From: an uncultured virus (IMG/VR IMGVR_UViG_3300024493_000316)
Taxonomy: Duplodnaviria > Heunggongvirae > Uroviricota > Caudoviricetes
Virus record (IMG/VR): IMGVR_UViG_3300024493_000316
DNA: 20,000 nt
Direction: 5' to 3' (one strand)
This document shows, piece by piece, positions 1-7,399 of this stretch. The translations under genes and the position numbers were made by a program. Under the pieces are notes generated by a model that saw only the letters and a list, made by a program, of their open reading frames with translations, did not search any database and was not told where the DNA came from. Numbering within the stretch: position 1 is the first letter of the stretch; every line of letters starts with the position of its first letter.

Positions 1-14
1 CAAGATTTGTGATT

Positions 15-788
15 TTATCCACCTTGCCCTCCTGTCTTTTCGAGGAAGTCTTTCAAGACCTCGTTTGATTTGCCCGATGTTGTTTTTGGTCTGAACTCCG
101 AGTATTTGACATTGAAGCGATCGTCGTTGAGCCATGCGGCGCAGCCTTTGCAGAAGCGCCCGCCCTCGGCATTAGCCTCCTCGCTCGCAGCATAGGCTTC
201 ACAGGCCGCCTGTATCTGCTCCGGCGTCGCGCGCTTTTCTCTGATAACCCGCTCGTATGCCTTGCGCGCTTTCTCCATGTTGCCTTTACGGACATTCGGG
301 AAAGTCCTCCAGAACAGCGCAAACTGCTCCATGAAAGCCATGAGCTTGCCAACCTTGGCAGCGGTGGTTTCTTTGGAAGATAGTTCGTCAGAACTATCTT
401 CTTTCTTTACATTATCCTTATCCTTATCATTAGGCTTATCTTTGCTTATCGCTGGGTTGTTGTCGGTTATGTTTCGGTTATCCTCGGTTATGTTTTCGCT
501 TATGTCTGCCTTATGTGAGTAATAAGGGTTCGGTTGTCCTTTGGTAAAGTTTGGATTACCGCCTTTCTTGCCGTTTTCAGCGTTTATCTGCTTGCGGTTT
601 TCGATAGCGTCGAGCCGATTGTGGACATAGGCATAGGCGTTCATGATTTTCTGATTGTCCGATAGCGGCTCTTGGCCGGTTTCGGCATACTCTATCAGCA
701 TACGGAAAAGTTGCCCCAACTCGGCGTCCGAGAGGAAGTTGAAAATATACTTATAGTCCGTATAGATTATGAGGGATTTATTTCTCAT
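15..788 (-). CDS. Phage replication initiator-like protein (DUF6291-like N-terminus)
   Basis: ATG at 788 with GGAG RBS; N-terminus SLIIYTDY...LSDAELGQLFRMLIEY; low-complexity linker; C-terminal FALFWRTFP...KARKAY...AAWLNDDRF typical of phage replisome organisers. The track start at 893 overlaps the upstream gene. Confidence 0.8.
   Translation of the reverse strand: MRNKSLIIYTDYKYIFNFLSDAELGQLFRMLIEYAETGQEPLSDNQKIMNAYAYVHNRLDAIENRKQINAENGKKGGNPNFTKGQPNPYYSHKADISENITEDNRNITDNNPAISKDKPNDKDKDNVKKEDSSDELSSKETTAAKVGKLMAFMEQFALFWRTFPNVRKGNMEKARKAYERVIREKRATPEQIQAACEAYAASEEANAEGGRFCKGCAAWLNDDRFNVKYSEFRPKTTSGKSNEVLKDFLEKTGGQGG
412..515. repeat. Iteron-like short direct repeats, putative phage replication origin
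   Basis: TCGGTTAT at 463, 474 and 484, TCGCTTAT at 496, plus further CTTAT units, inside the initiator gene linker. Confidence 0.55.
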
Positions 789-1179
789 TCTTGCTCCCTC
801 TGGCCGCGCGCCCCTGCCGGATCGCCTCGTTGATAGCCTTTCTCGCGGACTTATAGTCGCCGCTGACGGCGAAAATCTGCAAGGCAAGCTCATCTGGCGC
901 TAGGATAAAATGCTCGCCGAAGAATGCGCGCTCGTCGCCCCATTGGTCGTGAAGCTCCGAATGATGATGTCCGCAGAGCGGCAGCGTGAAGCGATCGTCG
1001 GATTTCGTTCCGGTTCCCTTTGACTTGCACTTCGGGATAGAGAACCTTTCCTCGCCGGCGCGCGCCGAGAGATACTTCGGATCGACCCTCAAGAGGTGGT
1101 GGTGCGTCGATACGCCCCTGCAGATCACGCAGGGGAGCGTGTCGATGAACTTTAAGTGCTTTGGATATTGTCCGTCCAT
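778..1179 (-). CDS. DUF968-like / HNH-like Zn-binding putative nuclease
   Basis: HLKFIDTLPCVIC...HHH...DRFTLPLCGHHHSELH...GDERAFF pattern; GGGAGG RBS. Confidence 0.72.
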   Translation of the reverse strand: MDGQYPKHLKFIDTLPCVICRGVSTHHHLLRVDPKYLSARAGEERFSIPKCKSKGTGTKSDDRFTLPLCGHHHSELHDQWGDERAFFGEHFILAPDELALQIFAVSGDYKSARKAINEAIRQGRAARGSKNEK

Positions 1180-1188
1180 TTTCCCTCC

Positions 1189-2808
1189 CTATGCGACCAT
1201 TCGCATTTCCTCTCTCTTGAAATAGTTTGCCTTGACAAGCACCTCGGCCATAGGCGGGCAAACCGAATTGCCGCACAATCTGACCTGCGCCGTCTTTGTG
1301 AGCGGTTTCCCGTCCGCCCCTTTGTCGAAGTGGTAGTGCGGCGGGAATCCTTGGCAGGCGAACAGCTCTGCCGGCGTAAGCATACGGAGGCCGATGTCAA
1401 CGATGACATACGGCTCGCCGTCAACATGAACCGTGACGAGGCCGAAACGATCCTTGCCGGTTATCGTATGCAAAGGCTCGTCCACCTTGAGGCCGTCTTT
1501 TTCGTTTCCGAAATACTTCACGAGGAAGCTATACACCGCCGCGAAATGCGTTCCCTGCGCGCTTATGGTCTGGAGCGGATCGTCGGGCATTTGCCCCAAG
1601 TTCGTGCCGCGTAGCTTTGTTATATGCGCGGCGACGAGCGCATTATGGTCTATGGCCGTGACGGTCGGGCATGGGTTCCGCGCGTCCGCGCCTACCACCC
1701 CGCCGTAATACTTCGCCAAGAATGCCGACACGAGCGCGGCGTGCTTTCCGCCGGCCAGGATAGTCCAAAGAGGTCGGTTTGGATCGGCGGCGCGCGGCTG
1801 GGTGCTATCCCCATCGCCATAACCCATTTGCGCGATAATCGGCGAAATCAGCATGGGATAACCCTTGCTTGTTATGGTATTCAGAGGTGTTTTGAGTTCC
1901 TGCCCACGACTGTCGGTGTAGCGCCATGCCAGAAATGATGGCGATACAAGCGCGTGGCCGTGCTTTGCCGTCATTGTTGGCATAGGCTCGTCCGTGGACT
2001 GGCCTCGGAAACCCTCGCCGGAGTGGTTGACCTGCACGATGAACGGGCGCGGGTTGTCGATGACAAACTTCTTCATACCCATTGCGATCCGGCGCATGGT
2101 GTTCTCGGAAAGCGGCTTCTTGCGCCCAAATATCGACGGGCATGGGAGCGAGAAGTCTATGCACTCCGCCGCCGTGCGGTAGGGGAGCAAGTCTTTTCCG
2201 TGCGTCTTTGTCGGCCAGACTATGGCCTCGCCGTCGCACCGCGCAATGAGGAACAGGCGCTTGCGGATCGTCGGCGCCCCGTAGTCGCAGGCGCGCAGCT
2301 CGCGCCACTCCACGGCGTAGCCCATTTTTTCCAGCTCGCCCACCCATGCGCGGAAAGTTTCGCCCTTGTAGGCTGGGTGCGGCTTGTTGTCCTTGTCGAG
2401 CCTGCCCCAAGTCTGGAACTCCTCGACATTCTCAAGGAAAATCACGCGCGGGCGCACGAGCCTCGCCCATTTGACGACAACCCACGCCAGCGACCGGATT
2501 TTCTTTTCGACCGGCTTGCCGCCCTTGGCCTTGGAAAAGTGCTTGCAATCGGGCGACGCCCAGAGCAGGCCTACCGGCTTGCCCTCGCAGACCGCGAGCG
2601 GGTCAACCTCGAACACGTCCGAGCAGAAGTGCCGCGTCTGCGGGTGGTTGGCTTGGTGTAGGCTGATGGCCTCTGGATCGTGGTTTATGGCAATGTCAAC
2701 ATACCGCTTCAACGCCATCTCGATCCCTGTGGACGCCCCGCCGCCTCCGGCGAATAAGTCAACCACAAGCTCGCGGTGTATGGGGAGGATATATTGATTG
2801 CCCAGCAT
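1189..2808 (-). CDS. dcm: DNA (cytosine-5)-methyltransferase, orphan phage type
   Basis: Motifs DLFAGGGG (I), SPDC (IV), ENV (VI), RKRLF (VIII), LRMLTPAE...QGFP (IX) and GNSV (X). Confidence 0.95.
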   Translation of the reverse strand: MLGNQYILPIHRELVVDLFAGGGGASTGIEMALKRYVDIAINHDPEAISLHQANHPQTRHFCSDVFEVDPLAVCEGKPVGLLWASPDCKHFSKAKGGKPVEKKIRSLAWVVVKWARLVRPRVIFLENVEEFQTWGRLDKDNKPHPAYKGETFRAWVGELEKMGYAVEWRELRACDYGAPTIRKRLFLIARCDGEAIVWPTKTHGKDLLPYRTAAECIDFSLPCPSIFGRKKPLSENTMRRIAMGMKKFVIDNPRPFIVQVNHSGEGFRGQSTDEPMPTMTAKHGHALVSPSFLAWRYTDSRGQELKTPLNTITSKGYPMLISPIIAQMGYGDGDSTQPRAADPNRPLWTILAGGKHAALVSAFLAKYYGGVVGADARNPCPTVTAIDHNALVAAHITKLRGTNLGQMPDDPLQTISAQGTHFAAVYSFLVKYFGNEKDGLKVDEPLHTITGKDRFGLVTVHVDGEPYVIVDIGLRMLTPAELFACQGFPPHYHFDKGADGKPLTKTAQVRLCGNSVCPPMAEVLVKANYFKREEMRMVA

Positions 2809-3044
2809 TATACCCCCAAGGCCGCACGATAGGTTTCTGTAAGCTCGTCCAGCTCGTTCCGGTCGGCCTCGTCCATTTTCTTGAGGCGGATAATCACGCG
2901 CATGATTTTCGGGTCATAGCCGTAATCCTTGGCCTCCTTGAATATCTCGCGCATATCGGCGCGGAGGGCAGACATTTCCTCCTCTTGCCTCTCTACCCTG
3001 CTAATGAAGCTTTTTAGTTGCTCCGCATTGATGTTTTCTGCCAT
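2808..3044 (-). CDS. gapR: GapR/DUF2312 family nucleoid-associated DNA-binding protein
   Basis: 78 aa; QLKSFISRVER.EEE....ADMREIFKEAK..GYDPKIMR.IIRL.K.....E...L.ETY..ALG matches the DUF2312 consensus; GGAGG RBS. Confidence 0.9.
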   Translation of the reverse strand: MAENINAEQLKSFISRVERQEEEMSALRADMREIFKEAKDYGYDPKIMRVIIRLKKMDEADRNELDELTETYRAALGV

Positions 3045-3046
3045 TT

Positions 3047-3283
3047 TCAGCCTCCGTTGTTTTCGTGGATTATTAGTTTGACGCCAAGCTGTTCCGCGCT
3101 ATCTAGAATCTCATGGAACCAGCCGTTAGGAATGATGTAAGGCTTGCCGGATTCGCGCTCTTTGCGAATCCAAGTGCAGATGGTGGTCGGCGGAATGCCA
3201 AGAAGACGCCCCATCTTTCGCTGGTTGCCTGCCGCTAGGATTTCTAGGGTTTCTCCAGCATAAAGGTATTTAGAATTTCTCAT
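3047..3283 (-). CDS. Cro-like helix-turn-helix protein
   Basis: 78 aa with HTH GNQRKMGRLLGIPPTTICTW; first gene of the operon diverging from the repressor. Confidence 0.75.
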   Translation of the reverse strand: MRNSKYLYAGETLEILAAGNQRKMGRLLGIPPTTICTWIRKERESGKPYIIPNGWFHEILDSAEQLGVKLIIHENNGG

Positions 3284-3304
3284 TCTCCAAACTCCACGAA
3301 TCGT

Positions 3305-3333
3305 ATAATACTACATTCGTGCATAATAGTCAA
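3305..3333 (-). promoter_or_regulatory. Sigma70 promoter for the cro operon (PR-like) with an operator in the spacer
   Basis: Minus strand TTGACT-17 bp-TATTAT; degenerate operator at 3306-3324. Confidence 0.8.
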
Positions 3334-3340
3334 GCAAAAA

Positions 3341-3359
3341 ATGCACGAATTTCGTTTAT
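3341..3359. promoter_or_regulatory. Repressor operator
   Basis: ATGCACGA-ATT-TCGTTTAT, between the divergent -35 boxes. Confidence 0.8.
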
Positions 3360-3400
3360 TGACTTTTGGATACAAAAAATATACGATGTTCGTATATTTT
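3359..3400 (+). promoter_or_regulatory. Repressor promoter (PRM-like) overlapped by a perfect palindromic operator
   Basis: TTGACT (3359-3364)-17 bp-TACGAT (3382-3387); AAAATATACGA-TGT-TCGTATATTTT at 3376-3400. Confidence 0.75.
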
Positions 3401-3413
3401 AAGGGTAAACAGA

Positions 3414-3857
3414 ATGAATAGATGGGATTGGTTAGAAAAAAGGTTGGCTGAATTAGGCTATAAAAAGAACTCTTTTGCCGCCGCGATTGGCTGGGAAAGT
3501 CAGCGCGTGTATGAGCTTTTTGGTGGTTCTACAAAGGCTATCCCTATCCGATATGTTCCGGCGGTCGTCAAGGTGTTAAATCTGGAATGGGAAAGCTTCC
3601 TAAGGTTCAATACTGGCAAGACTGACGAGCCGCCTAAGTTTCGCTTTGACGGAGCCGACACGGAAAAAGACTTATACACCCACTGCTTGCTTGAGATAGA
3701 TCGGGCGGCAGAAAAGCATAAAGCGGATTTTACGCTAGAGGGGAAAATCAAACTAGCGTTTCTCGTGTTTGATAAGGTGCGCGTGCTTTCAGAGGAGGAG
3801 AGGGATAGCAATATCATCAACCTCGCCGATGTCTTGGTGGAATCCAAGGCAGCGTAA
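3414..3857 (+). CDS. XRE-family HTH prophage repressor (CI-like), no S24 peptidase domain
   Basis: ATG at 3414; WLEKRLAELGYKKNSFAAAIGWESQRVYELFGG...IPIRYVPAVVKVL is an XRE HTH pattern; divergent from the cro-like gene. Confidence 0.78.
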   Translation: MNRWDWLEKRLAELGYKKNSFAAAIGWESQRVYELFGGSTKAIPIRYVPAVVKVLNLEWESFLRFNTGKTDEPPKFRFDGADTEKDLYTHCLLEIDRAAEKHKADFTLEGKIKLAFLVFDKVRVLSEEERDSNIINLADVLVESKAA

Positions 3858-3875
3858 AATCTGAAAGGAACAAAA

Positions 3876-4097
3876 ATGCAGAAAATTGATGAAGAAATCG
3901 AGCAGCTATTCGCGCGCGAATTAAAGAAGCGTCCACCCAACCACTCCAAAAAACACCCCGCAACCATACACGCAGGAAGCAACAGCTTGAACGTAGTCAT
4001 CGGCGGCGACATCAATTTTATGAGATCCCACCCGATCCTACTGATATGCTCGGTATTGACGATTTGTGCCGTTATCGCAATTTTTTTATCTCGCTAG
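3876..4097 (+). CDS. Small membrane protein, hypothetical
   Basis: AAGGA RBS; C-terminal hydrophobic helix ILLICSVLTICAVIAIFL; follows the repressor. Confidence 0.6.
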   Translation: MQKIDEEIEQLFARELKKRPPNHSKKHPATIHAGSNSLNVVIGGDINFMRSHPILLICSVLTICAVIAIFLSR

Positions 4098-4158
4098 AAA
4101 TCAAGCATACCGTCAGAGAAGTATCGGTGTGCGAGCAAATACTGCTAGGATTAAAAGG

Positions 4159-4740
4159 CTAATTCTTTTTGGTAAAGAAACTGCCCTCAATGGCAGGATT
4201 CGTCATGCCGGCGGGGATTATGAATGTGCCGCCCGTGGCCTTTATGTCGCCGCCCTTGCTATACCAGAGGTCGAGATAGCGTTGGACGTTATTGAACTCG
4301 CCGTTCTTGGCGAGCTTCAGATCGAGCCGCATATCGTCCGGCGCCTTGACTACCAGCTTTGCCACGCCGTAGTCCGTTAGAGCCTCGCCATGCTCGCCGG
4401 CGTATCGACCGAAAGCCTCCCCGGTGAAAGTGCCGGAAAAGGTCATACTGGCCGCTTCCGCCTGGCTCTTGTATTCCAGCCCATAGGTAAGCACATCACG
4501 CATGGCTCCGAAGCGGGCTGCAGCTCTAGTCGTGTCGAAGTTCCGGTCGGTATAATCCTCGGTTATGGGCGAGAATATTTGGCCGACCTGCCACACCGAC
4601 AAGTCATTATAGTTCAAGCGGACATCTCCGCCGGTCGCGGCCAAGGTTGTCTTATATTCAGCAAGAGGATCTCCGGTCGGCGGGTTTTTGCCGCCGATAC
4701 TGCAGGCGGTTAAAAGCAACAAAAGCAAGGTTTTCCTCAT
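4159..4740 (-). CDS. Putative lipoprotein
   Basis: Signal peptide MRKTLLLLLLTA-C with lipobox; ATGA overlap with the upstream gene; AGGAG RBS. Confidence 0.8.
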   Translation of the reverse strand: MRKTLLLLLLTACSIGGKNPPTGDPLAEYKTTLAATGGDVRLNYNDLSVWQVGQIFSPITEDYTDRNFDTTRAAARFGAMRDVLTYGLEYKSQAEAASMTFSGTFTGEAFGRYAGEHGEALTDYGVAKLVVKAPDDMRLDLKLAKNGEFNNVQRYLDLWYSKGGDIKATGGTFIIPAGMTNPAIEGSFFTKKN

Positions 4741-5180
4741 TGTTGCGCTCCTTTCTTATCTGTTTTCATTGAAGCCTTGTCCTGCTCTGTCAGCCAGACA
4801 GACCTTTCGTTCCATACCTGCGCCGGAGCTTGGCCGAGCTGCCGGATAGTCTTTCTTGCCCCCATGGTATTGACATACGAATAAGTGCCTTTTTGCACCC
4901 AGCAGTTACCAGAAGTGGCGGAAAACATCATACCGTCGTATAGGTTGGAGTCTTTGCCTTTAATATAAACAGGCTCGTAGTCATACACGGACGAAAAGGT
5001 ATGCGCGCCTGTGGCGTAGTTCGTCTGACCGACAGTCATATTCGCAATAACGCCGTCATCGAGGACTTGCACCACCTTCAAGCCGCCGTCGTATATGCAG
5101 TCGGGATTGGCTTTGTGTGTCCTGTCGTAGTGGCTGCAAGCGCCCGCGAGCAATAACGATAGGATAAAAAACTTTTTCAT
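4737..5180 (-). CDS. Putative lipoprotein
   Basis: Signal peptide MKKFFILSLLLAGA-C with lipobox; KVVQVLDDG...GTYSYVNTMGARKTI suggests a beta-rich domain. Confidence 0.8.
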   Translation of the reverse strand: MKKFFILSLLLAGACSHYDRTHKANPDCIYDGGLKVVQVLDDGVIANMTVGQTNYATGAHTFSSVYDYEPVYIKGKDSNLYDGMMFSATSGNCWVQKGTYSYVNTMGARKTIRQLGQAPAQVWNERSVWLTEQDKASMKTDKKGAQQ

Positions 5181-5186
5181 ACGGAT

Positions 5187-5216
5187 AAGATAGCATACGA
5201 TATTCGTTTATGTCAA
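5187..5216 (-). promoter_or_regulatory. Promoter of the lipoprotein operon with an operator filling the spacer
   Basis: TTGACA-18 bp-TATCTT with TG extended -10; operator GCATACGA-TAT-TCGTTTAT at 5193-5211; only 6 nt separate the -10 and the ATG. Confidence 0.7.
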
Positions 5217-5346
5217 TCAAAAATAAACGGCGCGCGTTGCAGATTTTGCACCACCTGTTTTCCTAATAATTTCCCCGCTTTCCTATAAAACCTGCCTCGA
5301 CACGGGGAAATAAGTGCGTAAAATCAATTACATTATGCGAAAACAA

Positions 5347-5404
5347 AAAATATACGAAATTCGTGTATTTTCTTATTGACTTTTATGCACGAATCTAGTA
5401 TTAT
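5347..5404 (+). promoter_or_regulatory. Early operon promoter (PL-like) with two operators
   Basis: TTGACT (5376-5381)-17 bp-TATTAT (5399-5404); operators ATATACGA-AAT-TCGTGTAT (5350-5368) and ATGCACGA-ATC-TAGTATTA (5385-5403). Confidence 0.82.
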
Positions 5405-5434
5405 AGAAAGCGTTGATAAACCTTGGAGGGCAAA

Positions 5435-5650
5435 ATGAAACGAATGATGTATAACTTCGGCGGCTGTTTGGGCTGCTTTGGATTCGGAGGATTTGTTGGG
5501 CTTCTGCTCATAGGCTTCCTCACATCTAACACCACATACGAGGAAAGGGAGTTCCTGCTTGAGTGCTGGAAAGTCCTTGGGGCGTGTTTTATGGTCGGGT
5601 TCGCGGGCGCGATGATTGCCTGCTCCAGCGCGGAGGTGGATCGTGTTTAG
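5435..5650 (+). CDS. Small two-helix membrane protein, hypothetical
   Basis: GGAGG RBS, ATG at 5435, two hydrophobic Gly-rich segments; first gene after the PL-like promoter. Confidence 0.65.
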   Translation: MKRMMYNFGGCLGCFGFGGFVGLLLIGFLTSNTTYEEREFLLECWKVLGACFMVGFAGAMIACSSAEVDRV

Positions 5651-5822
5651 ACTGTTCCTCTCGAAAGCCGAGAAAGAAAAAAGCCTGCTCCGCAAGCTGT
5701 CCGACAGCTTGAACGCGAAAAAGGCCTCTATGGGTGTCTGCTACAACGCGCTGGATCGGAAACCGCTCGACGCAAGCCGTGCGACTTTCCAGCGTATCAG
5801 CTTCAAGGGCGGGAGAGGTTGA
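5643..5822 (+). CDS. Hypothetical protein (59 aa)
   Basis: GTG start after GGAGGTGG; fills the gap between coupled neighbours. Confidence 0.55.
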   Translation: MFRLFLSKAEKEKSLLRKLSDSLNAKKASMGVCYNALDRKPLDASRATFQRISFKGGRG

Positions 5823-5823
5823 C

Positions 5824-6267
5824 ATGATACCTTTCACAGGCAAAACCCAGCCGCAGGAAATAGCCGAGATGATGTCCTGCTTCACGGCGACAATCAAAAA
5901 CGCAAAGGTCTATATTGTCGCGCGCGGGAGCAGCGTGCCGGAGGCTCCTACCTATGTTTGGAGCTTTCGGCGCAACTGGTGGACGAATGACATTAAAAGC
6001 TGGCAGTTGCCGGTCTGGACTCCCTCGGTTCGCGCCGTCCGCAAACTACTCGCCGATCGCCGGAACGAGGAGTTGAAAGTCTATATCTGGGATTTTAGCG
6101 CTAAACGGCTTTACCGGATTCCGCGCGTTGACCTATCCCATAACACCATAGTCTATTGGGCGAAGAATGCTGCCGACCATGAAGACTTTGAAGCTCGTTG
6201 CGAAGCCGCCGGCTGTAAGTGGGTCGATGGCTACCGAGATTTAACCCCACTTATTAAAGGAGTATAA
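5824..6267 (+). CDS. Hypothetical protein
   Basis: ATG at 5824 after GAGGT RBS; stop abuts recT. Confidence 0.65.
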   Translation: MIPFTGKTQPQEIAEMMSCFTATIKNAKVYIVARGSSVPEAPTYVWSFRRNWWTNDIKSWQLPVWTPSVRAVRKLLADRRNEELKVYIWDFSAKRLYRIPRVDLSHNTIVYWAKNAADHEDFEARCEAAGCKWVDGYRDLTPLIKGV

Positions 6268-6268
6268 A

Positions 6269-7399
6269 ATGGCTGAACTAACCGTATTCCAAAGACTAAG
6301 CGCCTCAACCGACCAGCTTATTGCGGTCGTCAAAGACGAACTCAACCTCAAGTGCTGCCTGCCGTTCGCCGTGCGCGCGGTGGACGCGCTCAAGGTTGTT
6401 GCGGCGAAAATTAAAACCGACGCGCAGGCAAAAAAGGTAGCAAACCGCTTCCTCGATAACCTCCAAACCTTGACCGCTGGCGGCATACTCACGGAGGACT
6501 ACGACCTCATTGACTTCGTGGAACGGGGCGGAACGGTCTGCATTTCTCCTCGGATCGAGCTTTTGTTCCGCGCGGCGGCCAGAAAAGGCTACCGAATAGC
6601 CGAAACCACCATAGGCGTTCCAGCCGATGACCTCGGAATCTACTTCGAGGAGGCTATCCTTGACGGGCGCCGCGCCTTTATCCTCAAAGACGACCGCAAG
6701 AACCTCGATCGCAAGATAACGGTCGATAGGATACTTGACGGCTATTTCTCACATTTCATCTGCCGACTAGTCGTGAGCGAGATCCAAAGCGGACGCATTC
6801 TGGCCGAACACGTCGAGGAGGTTTCCAACGCCGACATACTCGGCATGGCCAACTCCAGCGACAACGGAATTTTCAAGACCCGCTGGGAGGGCGAGCCAGG
6901 ACATAAGAGAAAAGTCGTATCGAAAGAGAGGAACGAGGGGAGCTTCTGGCATAACTGGACGACCTCTATGGTAAAGAAGTCCGTTATCCGGCGCGCGTTC
7001 AAAATCCTCAAAGAAACCTTGCCGGAACTCGAAAAGACGATGTTTGCCTTTGACAATGATGAGGACATCAAGACCGAGCCGCGCCACGCCGAAGCCGATG
7101 TCAAGCAGATCGAGGCGCAGGTGGTGGCCGCCGTCGATGTCAACCTCGACGCGCTCACGCCGGCGCAGGAGGCCGCCGCCACCGAGATGTTCGAAATTTA
7201 CAAGCAAAACCCCAAGGCCGCGACCGAGGACGCCAAGTCCATCGCCGAGGCGCTTGCGGGCGGAGCGGCCGCGCAACGCCTTATCAATGAGCGGTTCGCG
7301 GAAATCGTCAATATCCGCAAGAGTAGCAAGCTCAAGCAGAACGCCGAATTGTGGGCGAAACTCGCCCCCGTGTTCGGAAAGGTAGGCACGAATGCGTAA
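6269..7399 (+). CDS. recT: RecT/Red-beta-like single-strand annealing protein
   Basis: SFWHNWTTSMVKKSVIRRAFK matches the RecT W..W...M..K...RRA.K motif; adjacent to a YqaJ exonuclease; AGGAG RBS. Confidence 0.72.
   Translation: MAELTVFQRLSASTDQLIAVVKDELNLKCCLPFAVRAVDALKVVAAKIKTDAQAKKVANRFLDNLQTLTAGGILTEDYDLIDFVERGGTVCISPRIELLFRAAARKGYRIAETTIGVPADDLGIYFEEAILDGRRAFILKDDRKNLDRKITVDRILDGYFSHFICRLVVSEIQSGRILAEHVEEVSNADILGMANSSDNGIFKTRWEGEPGHKRKVVSKERNEGSFWHNWTTSMVKKSVIRRAFKILKETLPELEKTMFAFDNDEDIKTEPRHAEADVKQIEAQVVAAVDVNLDALTPAQEAAATEMFEIYKQNPKAATEDAKSIAEALAGGAAAQRLINERFAEIVNIRKSSKLKQNAELWAKLAPVFGKVGTNA

Noticed and set aside
1..22. Possible GTG start (MDKITNL...) of the next minus-strand gene
   Set aside because: Has an RBS and overlap but only 7 codons are visible; cannot be called.
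1156..2797. Several alternative-frame ORFs (for example 1954-2661 and 1805-2410)
   Set aside because: They overlap the motif-complete dcm gene and are expected shadows in GC-rich coding DNA.
778..2808. dcm plus DUF968-like nuclease as a restriction-modification pair
   Set aside because: Both are common independent genes of phage replication regions; the nuclease-like gene does not resemble a cognate restriction enzyme.
3296..3304. ACGA-A-TCGT as an eighth operator
   Set aside because: 1-bp spacer rather than the 3 bp seen in all other copies.
3500..4015. 171-aa minus-strand ORF
   Set aside because: Antisense to the repressor; Ser-rich composition typical of shadow frames.
4105..4132. Hairpin GCATACCG...CGGTGTGC between convergent genes as a terminator
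   Set aside because: 12-nt loop and no clear U-tract; plausible but not supportable.
5269..5311. 9-bp inverted repeat ATTTCCCCG...CGGGGAAAT
   Set aside because: Single copy with a 25-nt spacer, unrelated to the operator consensus; no function can be assigned.
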